A model generated the notes under the pieces. That model had not been told where the DNA came from. It ran no database searches and saw nothing but the letters and a program-made list of their open reading frames with translations. Positions 24,574 through 27,591 of a stretch of DNA of 27,591 bases are shown piece after piece; positions within the stretch are counted from its first letter, which is position 1; every line of letters starts with the position of its first letter. This DNA comes from a virus (lineage: Duplodnaviria > Caudoviricetes). The stretch covers positions 1-27,591 of the IMG/VR virus record IMGVR_UViG_3300049437_000260; one strand, given 5' to 3'. The position numbers and the translations under genes were made by a program.

Positions 24574-25722
24574 ATGAGTTACATCTATACCGACTACAAA
24601 GGCCTTTCGGTGATCGATCCAACACCGTCGGGGCTGCCCGCCCAGACGATCGACGCCAATTTCAAAACCCTGGCCGACGGTCTCTCCACTGCCAAGACGG
24701 TCTATGTCGCCAAAAACGGCAACGACACCACCGGCAACGGATCGCTCTACAAACCGCTGTTGACGGTCCAGGCCGGATTAAACCGCGTTGCCGCAGGCGA
24801 TGCCCAAGCCGTGTTTGTTGGGCCAGGCCGGTATGAAGAGGACGCCGTGATGACGGCCACCGCCAACACACCAGCAGGATGGCTGCTTGCCGGCAGCGGG
24901 AAACAGGGCACCGTCATCCGTTCGATCAAGATCGTGGCGACCGCAGCCATCGTCATGAACATCGACCTACAGAACTTCTGCTCGGACGATAGTTCCACCG
25001 CCTCCGCCCTGGAATTGCAGACGTCCAGTGACGCGATTGTCGCAAACATCGATCTCAGCAACGTCTATCTCGACAGTTCCGGCTCTCTGCCGGTCGTAAA
25101 AATCTCCGGATCGAGCCCGACGGGCGAACCGGCCATTATCAACTTCACCGGTGCGTCGGTCATCAAAGCCCGAGGCAGCGGACAACACGCAGTGCAACTA
25201 GATCACGGCCGTTTCTACATCTACAACGGTGCGGTCACCAGTGCCACCGGCAGCGAGGTGGTTGCCAATGCCGGTGCCGCATGCATCTCGTTGGTCGCCT
25301 CTGGCCTGGGTGAATCTGGAATCACCAACATGGGCAAGTTTGCACCGTGCATCGACGTGCTCAATTCCGGCTCCGGGTTGCAAGTGATTCTGCTGGGCGT
25401 TAGTGCATTTGTCGGCACCGGTGACGTGGTTAATGTCGCTGCGGGCGCAACAGCATCCATCATAGCCGATCAGATTGTCGCCGTGCGCGGCGGCAGCGGC
25501 GGCCTGTCCATTCCCACGGGAGCCGCGATCGTCGGTGACACGCTGGATCCTATGACCGGCCAGGAACTTCCCGTCACCGCGGGACAATTGATCCACACCA
25601 AGAAGGCTGCCTCAACGTTCTTCATGCCAACAACGGCCGGCCACTGGACCACATCCCCAACAGCGGCACAAACGGCCTTGGACGAGTTGGCCGCCCGAGT
25701 TTATGCCCTGGAACATCCCTAA
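24574..25722 (+). CDS. Tail fibre/spike-like protein with a probable parallel beta-helix (pectin lyase-like) domain
   Basis: TIDANFKTLAD N-terminal anchor-like motif; TVYVAKNGNDTTGNGSLYKPLLTVQAGLN...VFVGPGRYEE beta-helix cap motif; Gly/Ser/Ala/Val/Ile-rich body; C-terminal AQTALDELAARVYALE coiled coil. GAGGTG RBS. Confidence 0.72.
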   Translation: MSYIYTDYKGLSVIDPTPSGLPAQTIDANFKTLADGLSTAKTVYVAKNGNDTTGNGSLYKPLLTVQAGLNRVAAGDAQAVFVGPGRYEEDAVMTATANTPAGWLLAGSGKQGTVIRSIKIVATAAIVMNIDLQNFCSDDSSTASALELQTSSDAIVANIDLSNVYLDSSGSLPVVKISGSSPTGEPAIINFTGASVIKARGSGQHAVQLDHGRFYIYNGAVTSATGSEVVANAGAACISLVASGLGESGITNMGKFAPCIDVLNSGSGLQVILLGVSAFVGTGDVVNVAAGATASIIADQIVAVRGGSGGLSIPTGAAIVGDTLDPMTGQELPVTAGQLIHTKKAASTFFMPTTAGHWTTSPTAAQTALDELAARVYALEHP

Positions 25723-25740
25723 TCCATGAGGAACGCAACA

Positions 25741-27591
25741 ATGGCTCCAAAACTTACGATCGGCATGGCCCATCATAACGATTTTGATGGCGTCTATTTC
25801 ACGCTGCAATCATTGCGGTTTTACCATGACGTACGGGATATCGAGTTCTTGGTCGTCGACAACTCGCCGGAAACGCCGGCAGGCAAAACGGCGAAACAAT
25901 TTCTTGGGAATATACGCAACGCCCGATACTTTGCTGAACATAACGCAACCGGCACGTCAGCACCACGCGATCGCGTCTTCCGTGAGGCCACCGGCGAGGC
26001 GGTCATGTGTATCGATTGCCATGTATTGTTGGCCCCGGGTGCCGTCGCACGGTTGCTGCAATGGTACGACACCAACCCGAGTAGCAAGGATCTCCTGACC
26101 GGCCCTATGGTCTACGACTCGCTAGGCAACTGGTCGACACATTTTGATTTGCAGTGGCGATCGGAGATGTGGGGCACATGGGGTCAGGCCTGGACTTGCC
26201 AGTGCGGCCAACATTTTACAATTCAAGAGGGGCTGCAAGGTCGCGCCGAAGTCCACGACTTGATGTACTTCTCGTCCATTTATGAAAAATGCCCGACGTG
26301 CGGTGCGGCGTTTCCCGAATCTGCCTATGCCGGTCACGAGCGGGCATTTTCTGGAGCCGGCTACAAGCCGCTCGGACTCAACCAAGACGATCCGCCGTTT
26401 GAAATCCCGGCCCAGGGGCTTGGGCTCTTCACCTGCCGAAAAGACGCATGGCTCGGCTTCAATACGGCATTCCGTGGCTTTGGTGGCGAAGAGGGCTATA
26501 TCCACATCAAATACCGCCAAGCCGGTCACCAATGCCTGAATCTGCCGTTCTTGGGTTGGATGCATCGATTCGGCCGCGTCGGTGGGCCGACCTATCCGCT
26601 CCAACGCTATGACAAGATCCGCAACTACGTGATCGGTCATCAGGAGCTTGGCCTGCCATTGGATCCTATTCACGAGCACTTCGTTGCCTCAAAGTTATTT
26701 TCGGAAAAGGACTGGGCCTACTTGCTCGGAAGCCCAGTGGAATATACCTCCGCCCCGTGCAGTACGTGCGGCGGGCCACAACCCGCCGACAACATGACGC
26801 TCGATCAAGTCTTCGACTGGACGAAATCCCAACCGCGTGACATGGAAACTCACATGGATCGGTTCCGTGAGTTGGCGTCCAAGTGCGACCGCGTAACAGC
26901 GATGGTCAAACGCAAGGAGTGGGACGTGACGCTTCTGGCCGGCCGGCCCAAAACACTTCGGGTCTACACCACCGAGTCCAACGCGATTCACGAAAAGCTC
27001 AAAACGCTCTGCAATGGGACCGACTATCGATCGACAACGGCCGATTCGCTGTCTGTTTCGGAAATCGATGAGACGGACTTGTTGGTGATTCACACCGTCC
27101 ATCAGGCTGATCGTCTGTACGCCGAACTCGACCGATTCGCCCCGAAAGTCCGTCGCTGGATCCTTTTACGATCGACCGGCGTCTATGGGGAGATGGGTGA
27201 GCCGGATGGACCTGGCCTGTTTCCCGCGATGCGTCGCTATTTACGAGAACATCCCGAATGGTCGGTGATCGAGCACACGGCCGATCAATACGGTTATACC
27301 CTTTTAAGCCGCGATTCGTCTGATAAGCCTGATCTGCCATCGATGCCCAAGATGGCATGGAACTACACAAAAGCCTTGGCCCGGCACCAATTGACCGGTG
27401 CAAAAACGGCCAGCCAGGAAACGATTGACTCCCGGCTCGATATATGTTCGTTGTGTCCACAGCGTACCGCCAACCGCTGTTCTGTCTGCGGCTGCTTCTT
27501 GGATGAAGGCCCAAACGAACGCGATGGCAAAGTCCTTTGGCCAGAGTCCGTCTGCCCGTTGGGCAATTGGTTCGAGGAGGCAGCCCAATGA
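25741..27591 (+). CDS. Multidomain glycosyltransferase: GT2/GT-A domain with a Zn-ribbon insert, a degenerate class I methyltransferase-like domain and a C-terminal Cys-rich domain
   Basis: LTIGMAHHND...EFLVVDNSP...RDRVFREATGEAVMCIDCHV (GT-A, DxH), GFGGEE acceptor motif; CQC...CPTC insert; ETDLLVIHTVH...LYAELDRFAPKVRRWILL; RLDICSLCP...CSVCGCFL...CPLGNW. GAGGA RBS before ATG 25741. Confidence 0.85.
   Translation: MAPKLTIGMAHHNDFDGVYFTLQSLRFYHDVRDIEFLVVDNSPETPAGKTAKQFLGNIRNARYFAEHNATGTSAPRDRVFREATGEAVMCIDCHVLLAPGAVARLLQWYDTNPSSKDLLTGPMVYDSLGNWSTHFDLQWRSEMWGTWGQAWTCQCGQHFTIQEGLQGRAEVHDLMYFSSIYEKCPTCGAAFPESAYAGHERAFSGAGYKPLGLNQDDPPFEIPAQGLGLFTCRKDAWLGFNTAFRGFGGEEGYIHIKYRQAGHQCLNLPFLGWMHRFGRVGGPTYPLQRYDKIRNYVIGHQELGLPLDPIHEHFVASKLFSEKDWAYLLGSPVEYTSAPCSTCGGPQPADNMTLDQVFDWTKSQPRDMETHMDRFRELASKCDRVTAMVKRKEWDVTLLAGRPKTLRVYTTESNAIHEKLKTLCNGTDYRSTTADSLSVSEIDETDLLVIHTVHQADRLYAELDRFAPKVRRWILLRSTGVYGEMGEPDGPGLFPAMRRYLREHPEWSVIEHTADQYGYTLLSRDSSDKPDLPSMPKMAWNYTKALARHQLTGAKTASQETIDSRLDICSLCPQRTANRCSVCGCFLDEGPNERDGKVLWPESVCPLGNWFEEAAQ

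Larger units (their letters stand above)
1..27591 (+). mobile_element. Tailed phage / prophage late region (siphovirus-like); boundaries lie outside the window
   Basis: Contiguous terminase-portal-capsid-connector-tube-chaperone-tape measure-fibre order; no sheath gene, no host housekeeping genes, no integrase in the window. Confidence 0.93.

Noticed and set aside
20812-25722. Diversity-generating retroelement acting on the tail genes
   Set aside because: No reverse transcriptase in the window and no near-identical TR/VR pair differing at adenines was seen; the 87-nt tandem repeat differs at all base types. A remote DGR cannot be excluded.

Overview
This window is the late region of a tailed dsDNA phage or prophage, with a lambda-like head and a probable non-contractile tail (no sheath gene). 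It is GC-rich. The gene style suggests a Planctomycetota host, which is an inference. Gene order: a candidate non-canonical lysis cassette (papain-like C1 peptidase, lipoprotein, two membrane proteins); an accessory block (ParB-fused amino-methyltransferase, AbrB-type antitoxin/Doc pair, two orphan antitoxin-like genes, DUF1937-like protein, a C5 cytosine methyltransferase carrying an overprinted +1-frame ORF, and a three-gene minus-strand operon with a HARE-type HTH protein); packaging and head genes (small HTH protein, GpA-type terminase, Zn-ribbon protein, gpW-like protein, portal, protease-capsid fusion, DUF2190-like protein); and tail genes (connectors, tube, frameshift-type chaperone pair, tape measure). 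The most unusual part is the distal tail region. Two adjacent genes encode about 12 copies of a small Cys/Trp module separated by mucin-like poly-Thr linkers. They are followed by a beta-helix-like fibre gene and a multidomain GT2 glycosyltransferase. Together these form a candidate phage-encoded system for building glycosylated, disulfide-rich, mucin-like virion appendages. No integrase, att site, CRISPR array, tRNA, rRNA or reverse transcriptase was recognised. All family assignments come from reading motifs by eye, not from database searches.
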